Assembly (NCBI GenBank): GCA_963675295.2
Contig: CAXXKJ010000002.1
Span: 896,001-960,000 of the forward strand
DNA: 64,000 nt
From: a bacterium
Lineage (GTDB): Bacteria > Electryoneota > Electryoneia > Electryoneales > Electryoneaceae
Direction of reading: 5' to 3'
Shown: piece after piece, positions 40,518 to 49,861 of the stretch
Layout of the letters: the number at the start of each line of letters is the position of its first letter
Numbering within the stretch: position 1 is the first letter of the stretch
Made by a program: the position numbers and the translations under genes
Notes under the pieces: generated by a model
Database searches by the model: none
What the model saw: the letters and a program-made list of their open reading frames with translations, nothing else
What the model was told of the DNA's origin: nothing

Positions 40518-40576
40518 CCGGACAAAACAGTAAACCCAATAGCCCGGGTGGCTTCCCTCCACCTGATGCTACAAGA

Positions 40577-40609
40577 AAACCCCCGGTCACGCGTTGTGGC
40601 CGGGGGTTT
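40577..40609. terminator. Bidirectional terminator
   Basis: AAACCCCCGGTCAC...GTGGCCGGGGGTTT between convergent genes. Confidence 0.65.
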
Positions 40610-40636
40610 GATATGTGACAGGTTGCGGTCAGGCGA

Positions 40637-41581
40637 TCAGCCCATGTGCTGCGCCTGTACCTGCTGCTCACCTTCTTCCTTCATCTTCAGATCGTCAGCG
40701 GACTGGAAGATCTGGTTGTAGATGCCTTCGAACAGCACGTACACCGTCGGCTCGTTGGCATACTTGACGAAGTAGCGGCGTTCGTTGTTCGGATCGAGGT
40801 AGAAGCTGAGGTCGAGACGGCTGCCGTTGTCGATGCTGATCTTGACCGTGTTGTCCGGCTTGTCGAAGTCGATGGAGGCGTATTCCTCCTCGGTCGGGAA
40901 GGCCGAGGTCCGCAACCGAGCGATCTGCGACTGCAGGCGTGTCGCGGCGGCGTCGTCGACCGGCGTAACCTCACCCTTGACGGTGAATGTCCACGCGCCG
41001 TCATTACGTGCGAGGTTCCACTCGTCGGTTTCAATCCCGACGACCTGGTGCTGCTGGTATGGGAACATCTCCTTGTCGCGCCAGTTCTCGACATTCCGGC
41101 TCAACTGCATCTTGTAGGTGCCGTTGATGAGGTACACGTTCGGCTTGTCCGCGTAGCGCGCGTAGCTCTGGCGGTAGGATTCGGCCGCCTTGCCGAGCAC
41201 GACGCTGCTAACCTTCTCACCCTGACGGATGGTGAGGGAGACGCCGGCGGTGTCGAGTTCGAACTCGGGCCAGCGGTCCTGCTTGCTGGTTACCTCGGAT
41301 TCGATCCGCATCTCGCCCAGTTTTTCGAGCAACTGGGAGACGTACCGCCGGTTGGCGCGGTAGTTGATCGGGTTGGTGATGTCCCACGACCCGTCATCGC
41401 GATGGGTCAGGGTAATTGTCGAACCGCCGTTCATGATTTCCAGTTCGGAAATCTTCGTGGTGTCGACATCAACGAGGTAGTTTTCCTCGGCTGTGGGCAC
41501 ACTGGACTGGTCCATCAGGACGAAAATCACCCAGAGGACGAGGACCACACCAACGAGGATGAGTAGCTGTTTCATCTTCAT
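40637..41581 (-). CDS. DUF4340-domain protein
   Basis: N-terminal anchor, two repeats, WRDK motif; follows a GldG-like gene. Confidence 0.75.
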   Translation of the reverse strand: MKMKQLLILVGVVLVLWVIFVLMDQSSVPTAEENYLVDVDTTKISELEIMNGGSTITLTHRDDGSWDITNPINYRANRRYVSQLLEKLGEMRIESEVTSKQDRWPEFELDTAGVSLTIRQGEKVSSVVLGKAAESYRQSYARYADKPNVYLINGTYKMQLSRNVENWRDKEMFPYQQHQVVGIETDEWNLARNDGAWTFTVKGEVTPVDDAAATRLQSQIARLRTSAFPTEEEYASIDFDKPDNTVKISIDNGSRLDLSFYLDPNNERRYFVKYANEPTVYVLFEGIYNQIFQSADDLKMKEEGEQQVQAQHMG

Positions 41582-43185
41582 CCGTTCAGCTCCTCCGAGT
41601 AGCGGCGGTTCCGCCGGATCTGCCAGTAGACGATGCCGAGCAGAATGGCGAGCAGCGGCGGCGCGAACCAGTTGACGTATTTCCAGACCTGCTTCTGCGC
41701 GGTGCTGATTTCCTTCAGCGTGCGCATGGTGAATTCACGGCCACGCAGCGCGATCAGGTCGGTGTCGCCGGCGAGCCAGTCGATGGCGTTGAGCAGCATG
41801 TAGACGTTCGCCGGGTTGGTCAGGTAACCGTCCTGAATGAAGCGGCCGTCACCCATAACGAACATGCGTGTGCCGTCCGGCGCGGTCATGCCGCTGCCGA
41901 CCATGTCCACCGACCCTTCGTCCGTTTCCGTGCCGGCGAATGCAGACTGGAACGGTCCTTCCAGCATCGCGCCAAGCACGACGTGTTCACGGGTGAACAG
42001 GTCGTCCTGCCATTCCTGCGTCGCGTTGATCGTGAACGTGCCCGCCTGCACCAGCGTCCGCGGACCGGAATACATCACCGGGGTCAGGTTGACGTTCTTC
42101 TCGGCGGCATAGGTGGTGTCAACGCTCGACGGGAAGAAGAGGCTCAGCATGTCGATGTTCTCGACGACGATCGCGTTGTCGTTGAACGTGTTCACGTTCG
42201 GGAAGAACGGGTACTTGATGGTGTTCTGAATGGTGAAGAAGCCGCGCCGTTCCTGCACGTTGATCATCGACGAATTGAGGTCGGCGACGAGGTTCGGGTT
42301 GACGACGAAGCCGTAGTTGCGTGTCATCTGATCGAGGCCGAGGCGGTACGCTGTCGCGGTCCCGTTCTGCAGGTCGGCATTGACCGTGGAGAGCAACCAG
42401 GCGACGGAACCACCGTCCATGATGTACTGGTCGATCTTCATCTGGTCTTCTTCGGGGATCGCCTCGGTCGGCGCGACAACCATCAGCACGTCGATGTTGT
42501 CCGGAACGCCCGGCGCGTCGGTCAGGTTGACATTTTCGATCCCGTAGTTGCTCTGCAGCACGTTGGCAAATTGCGAGATACTGCCCGCCTGGGCGCTCAT
42601 GCCCGGCTGCTGCTGTTGCGTCGGATCAGGCTCACCGTGTCCCTGCAGGAAGCCGACGGTCTGCGACTGCTGGTTGGTCAGCCGCTTGATCAGCGAGGTG
42701 ATGTTGTACTCGAGACCGGCCGCGCCCTGCAGCGTCGGGATGGTTTCCTGGCGGTCTTCGTAGAGGAAGACGGCGCCGAGATAGACCTTCTTCAGCTGCA
42801 GTTCATCCTTCTCCCAGACATTTTCCTGGAAGGGTGGGATGCGGTAGTTCTGCGCTTCCTGCTCGAGGGCTTCGTCATTGCCCGGGTCGATGAACTCGTA
42901 GCGGAACTTGCCGCCACCGTACGCCCGATAGCCGGACAGCAGGTCGTTGAGGAACCGTTTGGTATCGTTCAGCTGCGGCGACAGGTTTTCGCTGGCGAAA
43001 ACCTTGACCGTCAGCGGTTCGTCGAGATTTTCCACCACCTGTTTCGAGGCGTCGGACAGGCTGAACAGCTTGTCTTCGGTGAGGTCGAGGCGCATGAAGC
43101 GCGTGTTGGCGATCAGGTTGATGAGGACGAGGATCGCCACCACGAGCAGAATGCCGACCGTGGTTTGAATCTTGGATGCTTTCAC
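41578..43185 (-). CDS. gldG: GldG-family ABC auxiliary component
   Basis: RLDLTEDKLFSLS, GFLQGHGE, DQYIMDGG and LNAIDWL motifs; GTG start. Confidence 0.85.
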   Translation of the reverse strand: MKASKIQTTVGILLVVAILVLINLIANTRFMRLDLTEDKLFSLSDASKQVVENLDEPLTVKVFASENLSPQLNDTKRFLNDLLSGYRAYGGGKFRYEFIDPGNDEALEQEAQNYRIPPFQENVWEKDELQLKKVYLGAVFLYEDRQETIPTLQGAAGLEYNITSLIKRLTNQQSQTVGFLQGHGEPDPTQQQQPGMSAQAGSISQFANVLQSNYGIENVNLTDAPGVPDNIDVLMVVAPTEAIPEEDQMKIDQYIMDGGSVAWLLSTVNADLQNGTATAYRLGLDQMTRNYGFVVNPNLVADLNSSMINVQERRGFFTIQNTIKYPFFPNVNTFNDNAIVVENIDMLSLFFPSSVDTTYAAEKNVNLTPVMYSGPRTLVQAGTFTINATQEWQDDLFTREHVVLGAMLEGPFQSAFAGTETDEGSVDMVGSGMTAPDGTRMFVMGDGRFIQDGYLTNPANVYMLLNAIDWLAGDTDLIALRGREFTMRTLKEISTAQKQVWKYVNWFAPPLLAILLGIVYWQIRRNRRYSEELNG

Positions 43186-43201
43186 GTTGCTTCGTCCTCC
43201 C

Positions 43202-43918
43202 CTACAGGAATTTCCGCTGGATCATCGCGCGGGACGCGAGCAGCAGCGAAATAAAAATTAAACTGAGGAAATAGATGACATCCCGGCTGTCGATCACACC
43301 ACGCGCGATGTTCTGGAAGTGGTAGGTCGAGCTCAGGTACTGGATCACGTCCGCCACCGGCGGCGGGATCACAATCGCCGCGAACACTAGAATCGCCAGC
43401 ACGGCACACAGCGCGAAGCTGAGGATGAAGGCGACGATCTGGTTTTCCGTAAGCGCAGATCCGAGCAGGCTGACCGCGAGGTACGCTCCGCCCAGCAGCA
43501 GCAGTCCGACATAGCCGGCGACGATACCGCCAACCTGGGCGTCACCCAGCGTGATGATCGTGAACGGGTAGAAGAACGTGAACAGCAACGCGACCGCGTA
43601 CAGGCTGAACGCGGCGAGGAATTTGCCGAAGATGACATCGAAATCGCGCACCGGCATGGTGACCAGCAGCTCGAGCGTGCCGCTCTTTCGTTCTTCGCTG
43701 ATCAGTCGCATCGCGATCGCGGGTGCGAAGACGACGAGCAGGAACGGCAGGATGTCGAAGATGCTGCGCATGTGCGCGAGGTTTTCCTTGAACAGGTTCA
43801 AGGTGAAGAACCAGCCGGTGATCAGCAGGAACACCGCCAGCACGATATAGGCTGAGGGGCTGGCGAAATAGCTGCGCATCTCACGGCGCCAGATAGCACT
43901 CACAACGGCCCAGCTCAT
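43202..43918 (-). CDS. gldF: GldF-like ABC-2 permease
   Basis: REMRSYFASPSAY, EERKSGTLELLVT, SALTENQIVA and RGVIDSRD. Confidence 0.85.
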   Translation of the reverse strand: MSWAVVSAIWRREMRSYFASPSAYIVLAVFLLITGWFFTLNLFKENLAHMRSIFDILPFLLVVFAPAIAMRLISEERKSGTLELLVTMPVRDFDVIFGKFLAAFSLYAVALLFTFFYPFTIITLGDAQVGGIVAGYVGLLLLGGAYLAVSLLGSALTENQIVAFILSFALCAVLAILVFAAIVIPPPVADVIQYLSSTYHFQNIARGVIDSRDVIYFLSLIFISLLLASRAMIQRKFL

Positions 43919-44883
43919 GCCGCAGCCTCCCCGGCCATGTTGGCCGTCGCATCGGTTCGTGTCAACGAACGGAAGATGTTTTCGAGCGATTCCACCTTGC
44001 GCGTCATGCCGAGCATCGTCCAACCCTGCGAAACGCAGAGGCGGAAGATGTCGCCGCGCGGGTCGGTGCCCGGTTCGGTGGAAATCTGCAGGCTGACCAC
44101 ATTCGGTTCCGGATCGTCCAGCCGTTCGAGCGATTCAACACCGGCGAGCGCGTTGATCTTCGCGAAATCGTCCGGGTTGATGCCGTGCAACTGCAGGTAG
44201 ATGACCGGCTTACCCTGGAAGCGGTGCTGCAATTCGTCCGGGGTGCCGTCCGCGACCAGCTTGCCCTTGTTGATGATGACAACACGGTCGCAGGTTGCCT
44301 GCACTTCCGGCAGGATGTGGGTGGAGAGGATGACGGTGCGCTCTTTCCCGATCGTCTTGATCAGTTCGCGGATTTCCACGATCTGGTTCGGGTCGAGACC
44401 GATGGTCGGTTCGTCAAGGATCAGCACCTTGGGCTCATGCAACATCGCCTGAGCGAGGCCGACACGTTGCCGGTAGCCCTTCGACAGCTTGCTGATGCTC
44501 TGGTCGAGCCGGTCTGCGAGGCCGGTGACGTCGACCATCTTCTTGATCCGCGCCTTCTGCTCGTTAGCAGGAATCCGGCGTACCTCGGCGACATGCTTGA
44601 GGTACTCGTAGACGGTCATGTCGAGATACAGCGGCGTGGTTTCGGGCAGGTAGCCGATCATCTCGCGTGTGACCAGCGATTCCTCGACGACGTCATGTCC
44701 GTCAATGGTAATCTTGCCGGCATTGGGCGGATAGTACCCGGTAATCACCTTCATGGTGGTAGATTTACCGGCGCCGTTTGGCCCGAGGAAGCCGAGAATC
44801 TCGCCGCGCGCGACATCAAAGCTGATGTCGTCCACCGCGGGAAAGTTCCCGTACAACTTCTTCAGGTTTTCAATGTGAATCAT
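43915..44883 (-). CDS. gldA: GldA-like ABC ATP-binding protein
   Basis: GPNGAGKST, LSKGYRQR and LDEPTIGLDPNQ. Confidence 0.85.
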   Translation of the reverse strand: MIHIENLKKLYGNFPAVDDISFDVARGEILGFLGPNGAGKSTTMKVITGYYPPNAGKITIDGHDVVEESLVTREMIGYLPETTPLYLDMTVYEYLKHVAEVRRIPANEQKARIKKMVDVTGLADRLDQSISKLSKGYRQRVGLAQAMLHEPKVLILDEPTIGLDPNQIVEIRELIKTIGKERTVILSTHILPEVQATCDRVVIINKGKLVADGTPDELQHRFQGKPVIYLQLHGINPDDFAKINALAGVESLERLDDPEPNVVSLQISTEPGTDPRGDIFRLCVSQGWTMLGMTRKVESLENIFRSLTRTDATANMAGEAAA

Positions 44884-44973
44884 CCGCGTTTCCCCTCCAG
44901 AATTCTTCCGTGGGTTGATTGGTATCTGAAACTGTGGAAAAGCCTTGGTTTTCCAACCCCCTTGCGATGGGCA

Positions 44974-45002
44974 AGGATACGACTTGTACGTCGTATGAAC
45001 AA
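44974..45002 (-). promoter_or_regulatory. Sigma70-type promoter TTGTTC-N17-TATCCT for gldAFG
   Basis: 17-bp spacer upstream of gldA. Confidence 0.4.
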
Positions 45003-45336
45003 GTTCAGCAACGGCTGTCTCGCACAAACTGGTGCCACTCCGGTTTGTCGCCGCTGTAGAATTTCGTCTGTCAAGTGTCTGTCTCGTCGGGCGTGATGCT
45101 GGCGGGGCGCAACGCGGAACCGTGACGTTTGCCTCCCTCAGACGCCAGAACCGTGTGTTGACACATGTGTATGTACGTGGCTTATCGCGGTGAGTTCCCG
45201 GCGCTCCGGGAGACGCTTGTTTATGTTGCCACCTGCTTTTTATGTGAAATGTCTTGCACACTTTTTCAATTACAAAAATACCCGATTAGAGAATCATGTC
45301 GAGCCATGCAGGTCTGAAGGATACAAAGGAGGCGGT

Positions 45337-46287
45337 ATGAGGTCGGACATGATAGTTCCAAGACAGCTAAGAGAGGTTAATTATCCCGAATATTTTGAGG
45401 ACGGGTATCGTATTCTATTTTGCGAAAATACTGAACTTCTGTTGTGGCACTTTCAAAATCTAATTCAGCCAGATCCGATTGCACCGAGGATCATATACAG
45501 GGGACAGGCCAAATCTGAGTGGCAACTTATAGCATCGCTATTCAGAAAAACAATAAACACATCCATCAAAGATATTACTGACATTAGAATCCGTCGCGGC
45601 AAAGATATTGCTAAATGGTTGATAAGGTTGTACAAGATTGAAGAAGAATTAGTTGATAGATACAGATGGGTGTTAAATCAAGCAGGTATAAGTATTCCAT
45701 TTGCCATAGCAGACTATCTTAACCAAGAATATGATAGTATAGAAGAAAGTGACCTGACATATTGGCAGTCTATAGACAGTTTTGAGCTACAATTTTACGC
45801 TTTGGCTCAACATAATGGAATACCTACCAGATTATTAGATTGGACTTATAATCCACTAGTAGCAGCATATTTTGCAGCATCAACCACCATATCTGAATAT
45901 AAACTAAAAAGAAACATGAAAAATTATATTGCGACGGAAACTAAGAATATACCTAATTTTTCTATTTTAGCATTATTTACGGATAATGTAGATAAAACGA
46001 CTTTTGGAACCGATTATAAAAAGAAAATTGATGTTATAGAATGTTCATATACTGATAATTTATATTTATCAGCACAAAAAGGAGTATTTACATATACTAT
46101 TCCTGAATATATGCCTATGAACAAAATATTAGATGATAATGTAATTACTAAGTTTGATATTCCCATAACTGAGGCGTTTCGGTTGCTACGTGTACTATCG
46201 TCATATGGAATAAACGGATCTACTGTTTATCCAGACTATTCAGGTGCAATTAAGCAAATGAAAGAAAGAATGGTGTATCAATGGTAA
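45337..46287 (+). CDS. FRG-domain protein, strongly AT-rich
   Basis: IYRGQ...SLFR, AQHNGIPTRLLDWTYNPLVAAYFA and AQKGVF; SD AAGGAGG. Confidence 0.9.
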   Translation: MRSDMIVPRQLREVNYPEYFEDGYRILFCENTELLLWHFQNLIQPDPIAPRIIYRGQAKSEWQLIASLFRKTINTSIKDITDIRIRRGKDIAKWLIRLYKIEEELVDRYRWVLNQAGISIPFAIADYLNQEYDSIEESDLTYWQSIDSFELQFYALAQHNGIPTRLLDWTYNPLVAAYFAASTTISEYKLKRNMKNYIATETKNIPNFSILALFTDNVDKTTFGTDYKKKIDVIECSYTDNLYLSAQKGVFTYTIPEYMPMNKILDDNVITKFDIPITEAFRLLRVLSSYGINGSTVYPDYSGAIKQMKERMVYQW

Positions 46288-46334
46288 TCCAATATGTGAA
46301 TATATTAGAGTATACAACTAGCGGAATTCGAGAG

Positions 46335-47333
46335 TTATAATCGTGCGATCAACCTGACCTGATCCACAATCTCGCACCTGGCTGTGCCTGAGCAGGACAG
46401 TGTTGATCCGTCAACATTCACAGGGAATGGACGTCCGTCCGCGGGTTTGATTTCGAGACGTTTCTTGATTGAATAGGCCTCGAACCCCCATCGCTCCGGA
46501 GCGTGTTGAATGCTGGAATCCCACGCCTTTTTGATCTGCGTTGCCATGTTGAAGATGCCGATATCGCGGATGCCGAACAGGTAGATCTCGCCGGAGCCGA
46601 GTGGTTTGCCTTGTGCGAACGGCAGGTTCGGCCCGAGGTCCCCATTGACCAGGATCAGCGCCTGGTAGCGGCCGGAGATCCTGGTTTCGCCATCAATCCG
46701 GAAGTGCCACAGTCGGGTGCCGGACGCGAACCGGCCAAAAAGGGTTTTCACCGTGGCGAGGCTCATGCCGACGAAAAACGGTCCGAGGTCGCCGAACAGT
46801 TGGCTCAGCACACCTTTGTAGTACTTGATGAACCGGTTCTCGGTGAAGTAGGGCACCTCACCGAAAATTTCCAGACCGCCGTAGCCAAGCATGCGTTTCA
46901 TGGTGGTGTTTGGGCCGGACGATGCTACCTCGATGACATCGCAGGGAATGTGTGTATCGTTGCGAATCGCTTCGGCGAACACACGGATCGCGTCCTCGAT
47001 CTCGTCGGGCATGTTCAGCACTTTACCCAGCAGGTCGGCGGAACCTTTCCGCAGGAAGCCGATTCGCAGATCTGACTTTTCGGCGTTGGCGTCGAGGCAG
47101 CCTTCGACGACGGCGTTAAATGTGCCCGAACCACCCGCCGAAATGATCCAGCGTACCCCGGCGTTGACCTGCTCGGTGGCTTGTTGCTTTGCGGCGGCGT
47201 GGCTGTCCTCACTGAACAGAGTGACGTTGCTGAAGCCGTGTTCCTCAAACAGTGGGACGATGCGTTTCACCTTGCCCCAGTCCTGAATCGATCCGGAGAT
47301 GGTGGTGGCGATGACGGCGATTGGATCAGTCAT
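46335..47333 (-). CDS. Diacylglycerol-kinase-family lipid kinase-like protein with an atypical motif
   Basis: SAGGSGTFNAVVEG, GSAD and VNVDG motifs. Confidence 0.7.
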   Translation of the reverse strand: MTDPIAVIATTISGSIQDWGKVKRIVPLFEEHGFSNVTLFSEDSHAAAKQQATEQVNAGVRWIISAGGSGTFNAVVEGCLDANAEKSDLRIGFLRKGSADLLGKVLNMPDEIEDAIRVFAEAIRNDTHIPCDVIEVASSGPNTTMKRMLGYGGLEIFGEVPYFTENRFIKYYKGVLSQLFGDLGPFFVGMSLATVKTLFGRFASGTRLWHFRIDGETRISGRYQALILVNGDLGPNLPFAQGKPLGSGEIYLFGIRDIGIFNMATQIKKAWDSSIQHAPERWGFEAYSIKKRLEIKPADGRPFPVNVDGSTLSCSGTARCEIVDQVRLIARL

Positions 47334-48783
47334 GGTCCGGGTCTCCGGCTGAGCTGGAGCGAACAGCCTGCATGGCGTGTTCGACAACGGTTTCGAGGGG
47401 AGCGTTTCCATTTATGACAGCAGTGCTGATGTCAAGATGCGATCCGAGACAGGCAAGCACACGCAGGTACGATTCACGCAGGCGCGTGAGTTTCTCGACG
47501 TTTTCATGCACCTGCATCTCTTCGCCACGGCTGGCGATGCGTTCACATGCGGTTGCGGGATCTACATCGATCAACAAAATGGTTTCCGGCAGCACCATCC
47601 GGTTCAGCTTCAGCAGCCAGAAGGCTTTCAACTCGGGGTATTCGCTGAACAGCGGGTCGTGCGGACCAGCTTGCTGATCGTTCCCGGTCAAGATGTCTAT
47701 CAGTCGGGCGATGGTTGTTTCATCCGGTGGATCATCACGGTACAACGCGACCCAGGCGAGCAGGTTGAGCAGAGGCGAACCGTCCATGACAATGTGGTCG
47801 GGCGTGTACCAGCGGCGGATTTCGTGGAACAACTGGTTGCGTAGCAGCAGTTCGGTCAGCTTCGGAATCTTGTACAGCTTGAGCGATTTTGCATTCTTGG
47901 CGGCACGATTGATGGCTTCGCGAAAGACATTGGTTCCAAGCGGTTGCAGGGGACGATAGAGTGAGTTGTTGTAGAACTGCAGGGTATCGCTGATGAGGCA
48001 CACGCTCTGGGCAGCGGAAAGTGTCTCGGCGATTGATCTGGAAACGGTACTCTTTCCCGAACCGTCGATTCCGAGAACCGCGATGGTTTGTGCCGCGGCT
48101 TCTTTTTTGCCACGTCGCCGCTGGTAGGACTTGGAGGTCGCCTGTTCCAGATCGCGGAGTGCGGCTTCCAGGTGCTGGGTGATATCGCGGTGCCCTCCAA
48201 CGACGAGTTGCGGGGGACCAACGGCGACAAAATTGGTTAGCGGCAGCATGATCGCCGTCGCCTTGGGCAGAGCTCGTTCCGGGCCTTTCAGGAATACCGG
48301 CACAACGGGAATCGACTTGTACTGGACAACCAGGCGTCCAATGCCACTGCGAAAATGGACGAGTTCTCCGGGCTTGCCGCGTGTTCCCTCAGGAAAAATG
48401 ATCAAGCTGTGCCCGGCCTCCAGCAACTGCTTGAACTCGTCAAACGGGTCGGTCCCACGAGTCGCGGTACCCCGTTCGATCCAGATCGGCTGGTAGAGGA
48501 ATTCAACAGAACGGAACAACCATTTGTAGCGGGCGAAGTACGTGCGTTCTGCCACGGCGTGCGTTCGATCCAGCTGCGGCAGGGTCAGCAGGTTGAACAG
48601 CAGGATGATATCCAGATGGCTGTTGTGGTTGGCAATCAGGATGAACTGGTCGTGTCCGGCCAGATGCTCCCGACCTCGGACATACACACCGAAGAGCAGC
48701 TTCGCCAATGGACGCAAAACGAGGAGATGGATCATCCTGCGCAGGGCACGATGTGCCTTGCCATGTTCAGGCTCGCCTCTCAT
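47326..48783 (-). CDS. Fusion of a PlsC-type acyltransferase and a thymidylate-kinase-like P-loop domain
   Basis: ANHNSHLD and FPEGTRG, then GIDGSGKST, LLIDVDP...ERI..RG and INGN..LE. Confidence 0.8.
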   Translation of the reverse strand: MRGEPEHGKAHRALRRMIHLLVLRPLAKLLFGVYVRGREHLAGHDQFILIANHNSHLDIILLFNLLTLPQLDRTHAVAERTYFARYKWLFRSVEFLYQPIWIERGTATRGTDPFDEFKQLLEAGHSLIIFPEGTRGKPGELVHFRSGIGRLVVQYKSIPVVPVFLKGPERALPKATAIMLPLTNFVAVGPPQLVVGGHRDITQHLEAALRDLEQATSKSYQRRRGKKEAAAQTIAVLGIDGSGKSTVSRSIAETLSAAQSVCLISDTLQFYNNSLYRPLQPLGTNVFREAINRAAKNAKSLKLYKIPKLTELLLRNQLFHEIRRWYTPDHIVMDGSPLLNLLAWVALYRDDPPDETTIARLIDILTGNDQQAGPHDPLFSEYPELKAFWLLKLNRMVLPETILLIDVDPATACERIASRGEEMQVHENVEKLTRLRESYLRVLACLGSHLDISTAVINGNAPLETVVEHAMQAVRSSSAGDPDHD

Positions 48784-49640
48784 CCGAGGAAGTACCGGAG
48801 ATAATGGAAGGTCACCGGCGCCGCGTAGAAGAAGGACCGCAGGTTATCGAGCACCTGTCCCTGGGCCGGAATGAAGGGATCGTCCGCGCCGACGAGATCG
48901 AGTTTGATGTAGCGTCCGGTCAAACGGCCAATCATGGTCAGCATTGGAATCAGGCAGGCGAGAATGATCGAATGATGGAGCGGGATGCCGGTCCATGGCA
49001 TCAAGGCAAGGGCCAAACCGATCGTAATCGGCAGGGGAATCACGTAGATCAGAACCAGCAGTCCAAAGGTGACCCGCCTTCCCCGCCGCATGAGTACGGA
49101 CACCGCATCGCACAATGCCACTAATAGAATCAGCAACATTGGCTGCCAGATCGATACCAGCAACAGGTAGCCGATGTGCGCAATGCAGAAGACGTAGAGA
49201 AACAAGCCGAAGTCGATTGCTCCGATGGAAAAGATCATCCCCCGTGCTTCGCGTCCGCCCATCGCAACAAACATCGGGACCAGCAGGAAGCCATACACCG
49301 GCACCGCGATAATGAACATGCCATACCATTCATCCAGGATGAAGTAGTACTGGAAGGGTATCAGCAGAAACGCGATCCAGATGGCGATGCGATCCTGCGG
49401 TCGGATATCAATCAGCGAGAAGTATTCGCGCAGGGCGAAAAAGGACAGGAGTGCCAGCGTGATCAGGGCGAGGGTCAGTAGGTCAAACTCGGCGAACAGG
49501 ATGGAGAGAAGCAGGAAAAAGGTGTAGTTGACGTACGATCTGCCGGGGATTTCCCTGCCACGCAGGACCAGCACGGTTCTGAGTGCGGTCAGCACTGCGA
49601 ACAGGGCGACAACAACAATCAGGGTAATCCGGGCAGACAT
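48780..49640 (-). CDS. Phosphatidate cytidylyltransferase-like (YnbB/CdsA) membrane protein, degenerate
   Basis: SFFALREY, WYGMFIIAVPVYGFL and IPAQGQVLDNLRS...APVTFH; SD GGAGG. Confidence 0.7.
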   Translation of the reverse strand: MSARITLIVVVALFAVLTALRTVLVLRGREIPGRSYVNYTFFLLLSILFAEFDLLTLALITLALLSFFALREYFSLIDIRPQDRIAIWIAFLLIPFQYYFILDEWYGMFIIAVPVYGFLLVPMFVAMGGREARGMIFSIGAIDFGLFLYVFCIAHIGYLLLVSIWQPMLLILLVALCDAVSVLMRRGRRVTFGLLVLIYVIPLPITIGLALALMPWTGIPLHHSIILACLIPMLTMIGRLTGRYIKLDLVGADDPFIPAQGQVLDNLRSFFYAAPVTFHYLRYFLG

Positions 49641-49861
49641 CTTTCCTCCCCCCCAGGTTGCTGAAAGATGATCGGTTGGCGTGCTTCGAAATATACGACG
49701 GCTGCCAACTGGAAAGGTGATTCATTTCAGTAAGATCGGTTACAGAAGGTGGTTTCCCGGAAATCCTGTTAGGTTAAGGCCGTCAGACGGTATGCTGAGT
49801 TTAAAGGCGAAGTACTTCCAACCCTCTTGTTCGTCGAGTTCCAGTCCCCCATCTTTGCGGC

